Below are positions 51,674 to 64,000 of a DNA stretch of 64,000 nucleotides, one piece after another (the first letter of the stretch is position 1; each line of letters opens with the position of its first letter). The stretch is taken from the NCBI RefSeq assembly GCF_001194135.2, contig NC_068981.1, positions 78,087,474 through 78,151,473 of the forward strand, read 5' to 3'. The position numbers and the translations under genes are program-made. The notes beneath the pieces are model-generated. The model searched no databases, had not been told where the DNA came from, and saw only the letters and a program-made list of their open reading frames with translations. The DNA comes from Octopus bimaculoides. Lineage: Eukaryota.

Positions 51674-52002
51674 TCTCTCACACACACATACACACATGCA
51701 AAACAAAAAAACAGTATTTATGTATTTCAAACATAACTCTCATTGTCTTTGTCTTCTTTTCCATTCAATAAAAGTAAACATTCTCCATCTGTTACCATGA
51801 CAACTCTGACCTGAAGAAAGAATGAAATCAGTGTTTATTTTGATTGAGAAAACATGGCCTCTCTGTATGTCCTGTCTGTACCCAGTTTCAAAAACTTCCA
51901 TCATATCATAATCACATCTACTGTTCTTCAATTGCCATTCAAACTGAGCCAATGTCACCACACTGGAGCCGTTTCTACTTGTTTCTAATATGTAAACTCT
52001 CA

Positions 52003-52040
<38 letters not shown>

Positions 52041-54493
52041 GTTGATTCAGCTGAATTTTTTTTGTTTTTCTTTTCTATATCATTTTTATCACTACTACCA
52101 CCGCCACTATCACTATCACATACAGAATCCATAAGTTATTAAAGACTTTATTATTGTCCATTTCACTAATTAAAGCCATATGAATAAAACTGTTTTCTCA
52201 CTTTTCCCATCTACTCTGCTGTGTAATTGTTAGAGATTTAGTTATCTTGGCCAGGAGAATGTGAGTTCAGTCACTATCATAGTTGTATTAGCCATGAGTA
52301 GCTTTTGAATTTGTGATCTTACAAAAAAAAAAAAAAAAAAAAGCAAAAAACTACAGTCTATTAGTAGAACACCTCAAGTGTTTTTTCAAAATCTGAGGTG
52401 ATCTTCTAAGATCATCCTAAGAATCAAAATACAATTTCTTTCAGAAATGAAAATTTTATAAGCACATTTACATTCTTTGCATAGAAATAGGAGTGAAAAT
52501 TATCTCTACTTTATAAACTTACTATTCTTTTTCGAAAATGAATAAAAACTGTTACTCTTTTTGTCCTCTTCTTAACTGTACCACTAATTTTTGATGTTTT
52601 AAATAAACGAATAAATAAATGATAAATGAAAGACATTTAATTTCAGGTAATAAAAGTGTGCTGGTTTTTTATTTTTTTATTTTTTTATTTTTTAGTTACT
52701 TATCACTTTTGGCACTGAAAGATTTGTAGAGTACAGAATCTTATTGCAGTTTTCTCTCTCTCTCTCTCTCTATCTATCTCTCTATCTATCTATCTATCTG
52801 TCTCTATCTATCTGTCTCTATCTCTCTCTGTGTGACATTAAGTGGTCGATAAAGAACGAAAGAAGTCTCCCTTTTTGACATTCAGCCAGTTCTGTTCACA
52901 GACTTTGTCATGGGAAGTTGATTTCAGCACAGCGCTCTAAGTTAATGGAACTAACAAAGAAAACACTTGGCTTCTATACATCTATACCATGCTCCCTATT
53001 ATCTGCAGTACTCCAAGATAGACTGGCTGCTGTATTACATATAGCTAGCTGAATCATACTGTGTGATAGACCTCCTGGCAGAAGTCTTTGATGAGCACTC
53101 TCAGTAGTCAGGTCCTTTAATTTTTGGAGATTGACTCCACTTAAGTATATATATGTAGGAACTGTTCATCACCATAACAAGCAGAGCACTGTTATGTGAC
53201 CTTGAAGTTCTGAGTTCACATCCATTTATGGCTCAAGAATCAGTTTCAGATTAAATTTCTAAACTGTCTTGACTACCCACACATTAGATAAGGGGTGACT
53301 TCTATATTAACCTCATCGTCACTGAAATTAACCATTATTTGGACAACTTATATAACTTCAGAGTCTTCTGAACTCTGAGGCCACAGGCTATGCTAACACA
53401 CGTTGAATGTCTTTGCTATGTGTCTAGCACAGTAATAAACCATCAACTTTTTTCAATTAGGAAGCTGGTACTCTAAGGAATTCAGTCATTTATGACTCCT
53501 AAAAAAAGAAAAAATTGTTGTAAAGACCTTAAATAAATAATTTCTCTTGCAACAGGATGATGATATTGGCACCATAAATCAGCGAAGTTAGTTTTAGTGT
53601 TTCACTGAATTTTTCTTATATTTATTTATTTTTTTTTTACTCTCTCTGCTATGAAATAATGCTAGATTGCAATTCCCAGGACCCTTTCCTTTGAGAAAAC
53701 GAAGTGTAGTAACCAATTGATTTTTCACCTCTGGATATTACTGATATCAAACTTGTTATAATTTGCATAGTAGGATGAAAGAAGAGATAGATTTTGTAAA
53801 TTTCTGAATCTAGCTTTTCCATCTTGCTCTCTATTTACAGTCTCAATCATCTTCACCACTCTTCAATTCCTCAACTAATAACAATAACAACAATAAATAA
53901 TGCAAATAATATTAGCCTAACATTATTGTTACCTCTTGGTGAAATCTACAGAGACACTGAATAAATTTATGGTTATGCATTAATCTTCATCATTTGACTG
54001 TTGGTTTTGTTAAAGCCACATAAAGAGGTATTAAGGCAACATTTCATTTTCATGATTGACTTAATGACTTTGTTCCTCTTAACTCTCATTGTGCTACAGT
54101 AAAAGTTCTTGCAATTTGATAAGATTAATTTCTCTTTCTCTTTTCTTTATATTTTTTTCCTATATTTTGCAGGCAATTGTAGTGGATGTTTTATTATGAC
54201 ATTCTACTAAAAGAGTCTATATCTTTTACTGCAGGGTTTTCATTATCATATCTGCTTTTTTTTGTTATTGTTATTGTTGTTAATTTTATATCATTATTCT
54301 TGCCATTTCTGTTACAATGATGTGATGTGTGTTTTATGTTATATATAATACACACACGCACACACATGAAAACAGTGTATTATTCATATATAATGTATAT
54401 GCTCATACACTCATTATGTGTGCAAATACAAGAATGCACACTAAGAGTAATAGAAGGAAGCATAAAGCACATATGTACACACCTGCACAAGCA

Positions 54494-54524
<31 letters not shown>

Positions 54525-54886
54525 ATACACACATATATATATAATAAACAGTCTGATGTGTTATGATTCCATTGAGGAGGTGTCATTCACTATTTATTCA
54601 TGCTATACAAGACATGAATTTTGTGGCTAACTGGACACACTACTTATTGTTAGGGATTATATTCTTAACAGTTTCCTTTTGTTTTTCTCTGGTAACACGA
54701 AGCACGTTAGAGAATTTCCCTTGCATGGACTCCCACACTGGTGAGGTTGATGTGGTTAATGTTCAGTTTGAACATTTATAAGTTGGTGCCTATAAACATT
54801 TATGGGAAAAGATGGGTGAGGAAGGAATTTCAGAAAATTGCTATTCTAGGGAGAAAGAATTGGACTAAGTGATTTGAACAGAATCT

Positions 54887-55123
54887 TATTTCTTTATTGC
54901 CCACAAGGGGCTAAACATAGAGGGGACAAACAAGGACAGACAAAAGGATTAAGTCGATTAGATCGACCCAGTGCGTAACCGGTACTTAATTTATCGACCC
55001 CGAGAGGATGAAAGGCAAAGTCGACCTCGGCGGAATTTGAACTCAGAACGTAATGGCAGACGAAATACCGCTAAGCATTTCACCCAGCGTGCTAACGTTT
55101 CTGCCAGCTCGCCGCCTTAAATT
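54887..55123 (-). mobile_element. Young full-length tRNA-headed SINE with a perfect 17-bp TSD
   Basis: TSD TGATTTGAACAGAATCT at 54870-54886 and 55124-55140. Sense GGCGGCGAGCTGGCAGAAACGTTAG..GAGTTCAAATTCC..GACTTTGCCTTTCATCCTCTCGGGGTCGATAAATTAAGTACC..AATAAAGAAATAAG. CpGs retained. Confidence 0.92.
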
Positions 55124-56392
55124 TGATTTGAACAGAATCTGGATAGTAAGACACACTAAGAGTGGTAGGAGAAGGAATGACATATAGGTAGAGAAAATAA
55201 CAGTTAATTCAGAAGATCAAAGATCATTGTAATAGTGAAATAATGACCATAGAGGTAAAACAGTTCTGTATATCAACTTGTGGTTGAAGCTTATTGAATA
55301 TTTGCAGTCAGGTGGCCTTAGGGATTTGGTTTAGAATGTTTGAGGATGTAGCAGCAGTGTTACTCTAAAGCTGTAAGCCTCTTCTTCAAAGTAGATCTGT
55401 TTAGTACTTCTTTGTAGTAGGCTATCAACTTATCAAGAGTAGAAGTATTTACTAACTTTAGGGAGGGAAACTGTAATATATGTGAAGCTACCATAGCTGA
55501 GAACTTCTCAGGAATTGGAAATCATCCCAATCAGAGTTTTCGCTGGAGCAAGGAAAAATAAACAGTCTTATATGGAAATTGAAACTAGCTCAGGATTTAG
55601 AGATTCCAACTTTTTAGCGCTTATTTTATATATGGATGTAATCATGCACTCGTACATCAGAAAGAGAGTGGGGGAGAGAATGAACATTTTACAAAATATT
55701 TAAAGCTTGTATATATTTTCACAAATCAAATTATATAACTGTTCTAGATGACATCTCATGTGTGGAAACAATAAAATTGGAGAGTTCATAGTTTACTAAA
55801 ACAATGTACCAACTACCCTCCTCCTCCAATTTCTTCCTCAAGACACCCATCACCCATCATCTCTCTATCTGCAGTATTCTACTGCTGTAATTAAATGTGA
55901 GTGGAACTACATCCTACATATTTGACCAATTTTTCCCTGACACCATTCTTTTCACAACTTGGAATCATTTCACTTTTTATCCATACTTCATTCTTAATAG
56001 TGACCTCTCAACTCTCATCTTACATTGATCACCCTCAATCTCACATTCTCTCTTTTTCCCCCTTTCCTTTCTTTTTCTCTCTCTCTTTCTTCCCCTCTCA
56101 TCTCTTTCTCTCACTCCCTCTCTCTGTGTCTTACCTACTTATCATCTCTCAACACTTGTTCACCATCTCTCTCACACTCTTGTATACATTCAGGCATCCT
56201 GTACCCACCCACACTCCTTGTTGTACTGTCCCCATGTACTTCTACACACCTCATCCCTTGAAATTCACCAACACCACATCAACCCTGTTTTATTGCTTTC
56301 CAGATCCACCCCATTCTGTCTTTTATAATATGAGCAGCCATGTAGTTCCTCTACAGCAAGAAACCTATACTTTAACCCCACCTCTCCGACCA

Positions 56393-56660
56393 TAAAACCA
56401 CCTCCCTCTCCACTGTAACCCCTCTCAATTAAAGTGGACCTTGTTCTTGCTAGCTGCATAACAACCTCATTAGTACTAGCAACACATAGAAGCACCCAGT
56501 ACACACTGTAAAGTGGTTGGTGTTAGGATGGTCATCCAGCCATATAAGCCATGCCTAAGCAGACATTAAAGCATGATGCAGTCCTTGGACTCATTGGATC
56601 CTGTCAAACTATCCAACCCATGGCAGCATAGAACATGCACACTAAATAATGATGGTAATA
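56393..56660 (+). mobile_element. RTE-tailed SINE-like element
   Basis: AAGCACCCAGTACACACTGTAAAGTGGTTGGTGTTAGGATGGTCATCCAGCC..CCAACCCATGGCAGCAT..TAAATAATGATG. Confidence 0.65.
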
Positions 56661-57283
56661 AACATTATGGTCTGATTGCAATACTTTGTATAGTTAATTT
56701 GTTTTTAATGATTTTATCTTATTTAATATAATTAATAACCATACCTTCATGAGACATTTAGTTCCCTATCTACATAACGTCTAGACTTATCTACATAACT
56801 TCTCATGGATCTTTAAAAATATTTACCACTGCAGAGGCACCAGCTTCTTTACTCCAGGAGCTCAAGCAATTTGATGGAGATATATATGAAGATCATTAAA
56901 GACAATATGCAGTTAAGAATCATAAATTAAGTGGTCAACCTTAATAGAAATGTCTGTAGTTTTATTTTATATCTTTCAAAATCTAATAAAAACATTAGTT
57001 AAAAGTAATGTGTGCTTATATCTTTGGCTGTTTTCTGTCAGTTTTCATCAGTGATCTGCACATACTTCTTACAGTGGGTATTTAATGTTTGGTTTGTGTA
57101 ATGAAAGCACTAATATATCTTGATATATGACACTCATTGTTAATTTTGTTTTAAGACATTTTAAAGTTTCAGTTTCAAATTTTCATATTTTCAAAAATTT
57201 AGCTTTGTTATAGGTTAATGTTATGTATCTGGCATTTTTATACTAAACTGAAAAGGCTTTTCTTTAGTCAGGTGGTTCAAGGT

Positions 57284-57450
57284 TATTGTTTTAACTCCAG
57301 GTCAGGCTTGATCCATCAGGCCTTTGCTCGAAGGCACCCCAGCTATAACTATCCCATTTCTTATTCAGCTACAATATATATAGGAGTACATTAAGATGGC
57401 AGGGTATGATTTGAGAATGATTTGGCTGCTGTTCCTAGGTTGAACAAGGA
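57284..57450 (-). mobile_element. (AAC)n-tailed repeat family copy, diverged
   Basis: GTTATTGTTTTAACTCCAGGTCAGGCTTGATC..AAGATGGCAGGGTATGATTTGAGAATGATTTGGCTGCTGTT. Confidence 0.6.
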
Positions 57451-57689
57451 GATGTACATTAGTTGTCAGTTTGTCTTTGCTTTGAACTCTAGTATGTTGC
57501 GTTTGGTTAATATTCACTGCTGGATTAATTTCCCAATGGGGATTATCACTTTCTTCTTAAGTGTATTAACTTTACAATTAGAATTTAAAGTTTGTAGATG
57601 CAGAACATTAGCAACATTGCCATTTTAAACTTTTGTTTTATGTTGGAATGGTTGAATAAGTTTGCAGTACACTATACTTCTTAGTTCAT

Positions 57690-58750
57690 TCCTTTCTTGT
57701 CTGTAAGACCCATCATCCTGAAATTTGATCTTGTCATTTCTTCTCAAGTCTTCGGTAACCTTGCTTTAACACAGTTACTTAACACTGTCAATACACAGCA
57801 AATTTTCGCTCCATACCCATTGTGTATTTGCATCAGCTCTCCATACTAGCACAGTTGTTAATCCTGCATACATCAGTTGATGCCCTTTAATACCTAGCTA
57901 CCCTTTAATCTATTCCAAGCTTTACTTTCATGCAAATTAATGTTTTAGATTCAATGGATCATACATAACCAATTTCTCTGTCCAGCTTTCACAAACCATC
58001 TACATTCAATGCCTGAATCTCATTTTGATGCAGCATTTACATACTTTACAAATGCTGCATATTGCCTGTCTTTTGCATGGGAAGAAAAATCCTTTGTTGC
58101 CAACAAAAGATGACAACTCCTTGAATTTTTATTTCTTTCTTACTCTATCTACTTAGCATTTGCTACAACTGTCTCCAGCACTAATTAGGACATCTATATA
58201 ATGCAATTTATCTAGTATATCTGATGAGATGTTTGGGAAGTTCATGAACTTCTTTTCATGAGTGAGAATGACTCTGCTACTAACTGCCTTGGTAGACTCA
58301 GTTCTATATTTATCAGTGTAAATACTTAAGCAAAGCTGTTTTGTATATGTTACAGAGATTTTATGTTTTCTGTTGCTGTGTAATAATTGTCTCCCTGCTG
58401 TGGTCATTTCCAGGCCTTTAAAACTGTAAGACTATTCTCTCAGCTTCAGAACATTTTCAAAGCTCTCTAACTGGTTTTACAATAAGAAACAAGTTGTAAG
58501 ACATAGAAAATTCAAAATGATAACCAGTCCTGAGCTCATTCACTATCTCAATAATTATAATGAAAAAAATTAAATGCAATGAAAATGAAAACAAGATACT
58601 AAATTCTTGATAAACTTGTAGCAACTTTGAATATTACTTGAACTAATTTCAGAAGCTAGAGACTGATCTGTGTCAGCCTGCTTAGTGCCAACCAGACTAC
58701 AAAATATGAGCTGTTGTCTGAGGTACATGCAGAATGATGGAAGCCAAATT
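57690..58750 (-). mobile_element. Old RTE LINE RT-to-C-terminus remnant
   Basis: Minus: EQFGF; ELRTG; LISAGDSCS..RVR..KFKELSS..KG; LGIKGI..YGELM, collinear with RTE ORF. Confidence 0.65.
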
Positions 58751-61029
58751 GTTCTGAGTTAAAAGTTTTGTTGTTGTTGTTTTTTGTTTATTTTCCTCAG
58801 TTCTCTATCCCAAAACATGGCTTCTGTTGTTCTATATCCTCATTAGACCCAAGCTACAATAAGAAATAATATTGCTTTCTTAAGAAACAAAGTCCTCTAT
58901 TTTTGGAAGCAGAGTTTAGTCGACTGGTTTAAGTTCAATACATCATCAATATGTCAGTTTATCAGTTCAGGATGACTGAAAGGCAAGGCTAATGATACAA
59001 GTCTGAATACAGAAGCAGTGACCTAAATGCTATATAATGCATTTAGACACCTACCTACTTGCTAAGATTTTTGCAACCCCCATCCCACATAAGAAATAAA
59101 TGTTGATTATAAACACATTGTTGCATGCATGCATGCATGCATTTTTGCAGGCATACATGCACAGGCTTTTCTGTTCATATTGATGGAAGAAGCTAGTGAT
59201 AAAATATTACAGCCTTTCTGAAATATAATGCTTTTACAGTTGAAAATTGATTGGCTTTCATTGATGTTGGTACAGAAAGTGATCAAGTCCATGTCATACA
59301 TTTACCTCTCACCACAGGTCAATGGTCATTATTGCCATTGTTTATTTATAAGGCAACTGTGTCGTTTTGACATTGATTCTCTAACACATTAGACTATGTC
59401 ATTTTTCGAGTGCATCATATTCAGATGCTAGTTTATTTAAGTACATTAATCTAATAATATTGGGTTGGGAGCTACTTCACTTCTTTCAGTCTCCACAATC
59501 AATTGAGGCTTAGATTTTGAAGTGTATGTGTGTGTGTGGATGGGTTAAGGGTTGCATGCATGTTTGTGCATTCCATATTCCATAGAGAATCTGATCATCT
59601 ATGTTCATGTGATGCAGTCATAGAGTTGCTGCATAATGGATAACGGCATGTTCAATGATGCAAACAACCTGTACAACTACATTTCAAACTTGTTCTATTT
59701 TGATCTTTCTTTTTTCTCGAACCATATGGCGCCTGCCTAATCAACTGGCCATTAAGGCTGTAGGAGCTTTTTAACTACATTTTCAAAGTTACTCACTCTA
59801 CTTTCTGAGAACTTTAAAGTACATCACAGTACTTCCAAATGTAAAACTTTCATCATAAAGTTCATTGTTATCATCATCAGGGTATGAAATTACATTTGGA
59901 CATCATATTTGATTGATGTCCTACTTAATTTAATGCGAGAACATTTTGTCTGGATATTGTCCAGCCAAAATACATTTACAAAACTCTTGTCTATGAAATT
60001 CTGAATTGCTTTAGCAATGCTATACAGAAATATGTGAAATAGTCGATTCAGTAGTTTATCTTTTGTCATAGTTAGAAAAGTACCCCTGTTGTTCAGATAA
60101 GAAATTATTACTACTAGGGCAGTGAAGATGTGCTGGACGTTGTATGTAAGACTGAATGCATTACAGTATTAAGTTTTCTCTCTTTGCATTGTGTTACGAT
60201 ACCTCTAGGGTTGGCTTTATCTTTCACCTCTTTAGAAAGGAAAGGAATTGGTGCTAGCCAATACAATCGATAATATATTTCTTTTATTGTTATTACTACT
60301 ATCGTCATTGTTGAAGGTTGAAGTAAATGGACATCATTGCCAGCATTCTTGTAGAAATGTCATTTTTACCAGGATTACCAAATGGAAAGTTTTGTGAAGG
60401 GGTTTAGTGTTTCATCTACAAAGGGCTTTAGATTATTTAAACCTATTACCCAGGTAAAAAAAAAGAAGGCACATACATAGACGTTTTGTGCGTGAGTGTA
60501 CATATATTTTTGCAAACACCAATTTGTTTTGTTTATTCATAGCTCAATATGACCACATCTGTCATTGCAGCAAGTGGAAGTTCTAGTAAGTTGCCTAAAA
60601 GAAAGCAACACAGGAAAAATAATTTCAATTGAACCAACAGACACAAATAATTCTAAGCTTTAACATTCATAATTTATCAGGCAGAAAGGTAAAAATTGAT
60701 GACAAAAACTTAAATTTAAATGCTAATTAGAAATGCACCTGCAATACCAACACCATCTCATCTTTTGCTAACATTGTAATCAAGAAAAAGTAAACATGAG
60801 CCAACTCTGGGCAAATGAAAAGGTGTGGAAGAGATATGTTACAGAAGAAAGTGTCTGCACATCTGAGGAATTTACATATGAAAGAAAGTGGTATACCTCT
60901 GTTTAAAAGAAAAGAAAATGAAGGAAGTTTCTGTATACCTTTAAATAGGAGTCAGAGAAAGCGTTGGTGAATATATATGGCAAGATATATGTACCCTTGA
61001 CAGAAGTAGAGCTGGCCATATCACACTCC

Positions 61030-61352
61030 TTCTCCCAGCTGAGAAGTTTTTGTCATGAGGTGCCGGTGCCACATAAAATGCATTTGTGCCAGTACCGTGT
61101 AAACTGTACTCATGTCATTGCCATGTAAAATACACTTATGTCGGTGCCATATAAAAGCACCTGTGCCAGTAGCATGTAAAGAGTACCCAGTACACTCTGT
61201 AAAATGGTTGGCATTATGAAGTGCATCCAGCCATGGAAACCCTGCCAAAACAGACAGTTGGAGCTTGGACAACTCTCCAGCAGGCCAGCTCCTTTCAGAC
61301 CATTCAACCCATGCCAGCATGGAAAACAGATGCTAAATGGTGATGATGAGAA
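61030..61352 (+). mobile_element. RTE-tailed SINE-like element with short internal modules
   Basis: GTGCCGGTGCCACATAAAA-like ~24-bp modules at 61060-61185, then TGGTTGGCATTATGAAGTGCATCCAGCC..CAACCCATGCCAGCATGGAAAACAGATGCTAAATGGTGATGATG. Confidence 0.75.
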
Positions 61353-61359
61353 TGAGATG

Positions 61360-61690
61360 AGAAAGCAAGTAGAGGCTTGAGCATTGCAGTTTTTTGAGAA
61401 GAAAGGTGTGGTCAAGCCTTTGAATGAAAGAGGGCTAAATATAGAACTTTTTGCAGGATTTTAGGGAGAGAAGATGAAGGCAGGCAGGCATGGTTATTCC
61501 CAGTCAAGGTTGGTTAAAGAGGATATTTTGCTCAGCCAGTATGGAACATTATCCATACTGACTGTGCAGGGAATAACAAGAAGAGAATGAAAGCAGCTGT
61601 TTGCAGGAAGGAAGCTATAGAAAGAGCTCGAGACATCAGCACTGATGTAGGTCTTTGGCTCATAGCCATACAGAAAAATAGGAAAAAAAA
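61360..61690 (+). mobile_element. HERO-clade (RLE) non-LTR retrotransposon C-terminal remnant
   Basis: One frame from 61383: IAVF*EERCGQAFE*KRAKY..GRQAWLFPVKVG*RGYFAQPVW..AIERA..GLW, cf. LTVPWEE..AxERK..KY..GWxAWLFPVEVGCRGF..EAAERASxWLW. Confidence 0.7.
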
Positions 61691-61879
61691 AATACCAGCT
61701 AAAATATTAAAACAAGAGACTAATGTCAACTGCAAACCACAGAAATAACATAAGCAATCAATCAATCACCTGATTTTTTAGCCACACAGTTCCGTTTTGA
61801 TTCTATCTTTCAGTTTTACCTTTTCTTTTTTGTGTTTAAATATTTTTCCTTTATCTAATTAACTCCTAGATTGTTTTGT

Positions 61880-62043
61880 TTCGTGTATGTATGTATGTTT
61901 ATATATGCATGTGTGCACATCTGTGTGTATGTATAATGTATGTATAATGCATGTATGTATATGTATGTGTACGTATATATATATATGTATATATACATGT
62001 ATGTATATATTTATTTGTGTGTATATATATGTATGTATGTATG

Positions 62044-62109
<66 letters not shown>

Positions 62110-62250
62110 TGTGTGTGTGTGTGTGTAGTGAGGAATGATTTTCATTCTACCTGATTATATTTTGTTCAAGTCAAAATATTTTTATTGATCCACTCTGGTT
62201 ACTTTGTGTGTGTGTGTGTGTGTGTGTATAATATATATATATATATATCA
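61880..62250. repeat. Compound (TA)n/(TG)n/(CA)n microsatellite, one of many (also about 33010-33205, 33995-34195, 34430-34580, 36800-37150, 45220-45337)
   Basis: Read directly. Source of the YI/CV/HT ORFs in the track. Confidence 0.95.
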
Positions 62251-64000
62251 GTTCTATTTTTCTGTGAGTATATGGTAGGTATAACTCTTTTCATATCAGT
62301 TTTAGGATATTCAGTTTAGTAATTTTATCACTATCCTATCTCAACTCCTCAGTTCTCTTAACTTTCAATTGATTATACCGAAGCTTTAGCTTATAACACT
62401 GGGATAACTAGTGATAAGCTTATCTCTGGTATTAAGTTAAGTTTGTAATATTAGCCTGGTTCATCTTTAGTACTCTTTTCTTATTTCCTCCTTCGTGTTT
62501 TTTTTCTTATCAGGTTAATCTACATCCAAGTAACATATGGGTGGTTATGTTGTAATTATTTGATCTAGCTTGAAATTTTGAGGTTCTAATTAATTTGCTC
62601 CTTTTGAGAGTATCTTTTTGCACATTTATCTCATCTGATACATATATTATTTTCATATTTACTATTGAATTTACATGCAAGTCTTAATAAAGTTCTGTAA
62701 CTGGTGGTCTTTCATGTATGCAGTTTTAAATCATCTACATAGAGGGAGATTGCTTGCAGTGCTTTTTTTTGTTTTTGTTTTCATTTTGTTTTTTTCTACC
62801 CAAATTTTTGCAATCAAATATGGTTTAATTCAACAGGTTTGAGTCAGAACTCCAAGGAAGAAAAAAAATGGCAAATAAGGACAAAGATTTTCCCTGAAAA
62901 ATTCCTCTCTTTATGTGGATGGGGTTGATTTTTACTACCACCTCTTCACCTTTCAGCATTTGCATTTTAAAATAGCTTCATTGAAATGCTGCTTTAGTAT
63001 TGAGGTTGTTTTGTTAATGTACAATGTCCCTAATTAATATCCAGGTGTATATTGTATACTGTTAAAAACTTTTGGTTAATCATTTTATGCTTATATAAAT
63101 ATTTATGCTTCCTTTTATGCACTCTTCAATAACTACTGCTCAGTTTACTGGTAACACTTATTTGTATCCATCCACACCACCCCTAGGCTCTGCTCTTCTC
63201 ATAGGATATCTTTTGGAGTGAGTAACAGTTAGCCTATGGAAAGAGAGTATATAGAGAGATGCCAGTGTTTTATATGCTGTTGGTAGACAAGTTATTAATT
63301 TATTGTTTTGGAGGGGTTGGGTGGTCCTTGAAATTTTTGTTTTGGAAAATAATGTTGTTTTCTTCCTCTAAAAACCAACCAGTCAGGTTGATTTTTGTGT
63401 CTTTAGCTCTGCTGTTACTGTTACTTCATGCATATTGGTTAAGTAGTTTAGCCAGAAATTGGTGACTATTGATTCTGAAAGTCTTCCAGTTGTGAGAGAT
63501 CATTTTGTATTTATTCATTTATATTTTTGTGAGGGGTGAGTGAATTTTCTGTGAGTTTATGGTGGGTCATAATAGTGGTCTGTTGTATTTTAGTCCTTTC
63601 TCTCTTTTATTACCCATTGTGAATATTATTAACACACATTTTTGCTCTTAAAAAAAAACCCTTCTAATATAATAGAATTTATGTTGCTTATGTATGCTCT
63701 AGTGTGTTGGGTCTTTTTTAAAAAATTTATTGAATTGTTGTTGAAAGTTTTTGCTATTTGTTTCAAATAATGATTCTGACTGAAAAGGCACTCACATTTT
63801 TCAAAGTGTCCTATCTAGCATAGTTTTGCCAGGATATGTGGCTTCAGTATTTTTCTTGCAGAGTTTGCTCCTTTTCGTAATATTTCATTTATTTATCTTA
63901 CTCTTTTTTTTTTCCCCTGCATTTTACTTCTTCCTTTCTACATAGCTCAGCACAAACAGGTCTTTTGTCTTTGTATTGATTTCATAGTCTATATTTCCTT

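Noticed and set aside
63205-63217. 13-nt AG..GTGAGT micro-exon candidate
   Set aside because: Splice dinucleotides alone are not enough evidence at this window size.

Overview
Very AT-rich, microsatellite-laden eukaryotic draft sequence with 8 N-gaps. The SINE, RTE, Penelope and mariner repertoire looks like an octopus (coleoid cephalopod) genome; this is inference from family resemblance, not a database hit. I cannot support any host protein-coding exon, tRNA, rRNA or CRISPR array, so the window is probably intronic or intergenic. Almost everything recognisable is transposon-derived: a young Tx1/L1-clade LINE fragment running off the left edge, a decayed Penelope-like RT, two mariners (one full length with TIRs and a broken D,D34D transposase, one older and split by a SINE), a mariner MITE, two TTAA-type MITEs, a decayed hAT transposase, several RTE fragments, a HERO-like RLE fragment, and many SINE-like copies from at least four families. 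The most interesting leads are an (AAC)n-tailed short repeat whose 5' head resembles an HDV-like ribozyme, and an RTE-tailed SINE family whose 5' part is built from variable tandem modules, including a 62-bp structured minisatellite. Most ORFs in the supplied track are microsatellite, gap or antisense-TE artefacts. Boundaries of decayed elements are approximate.
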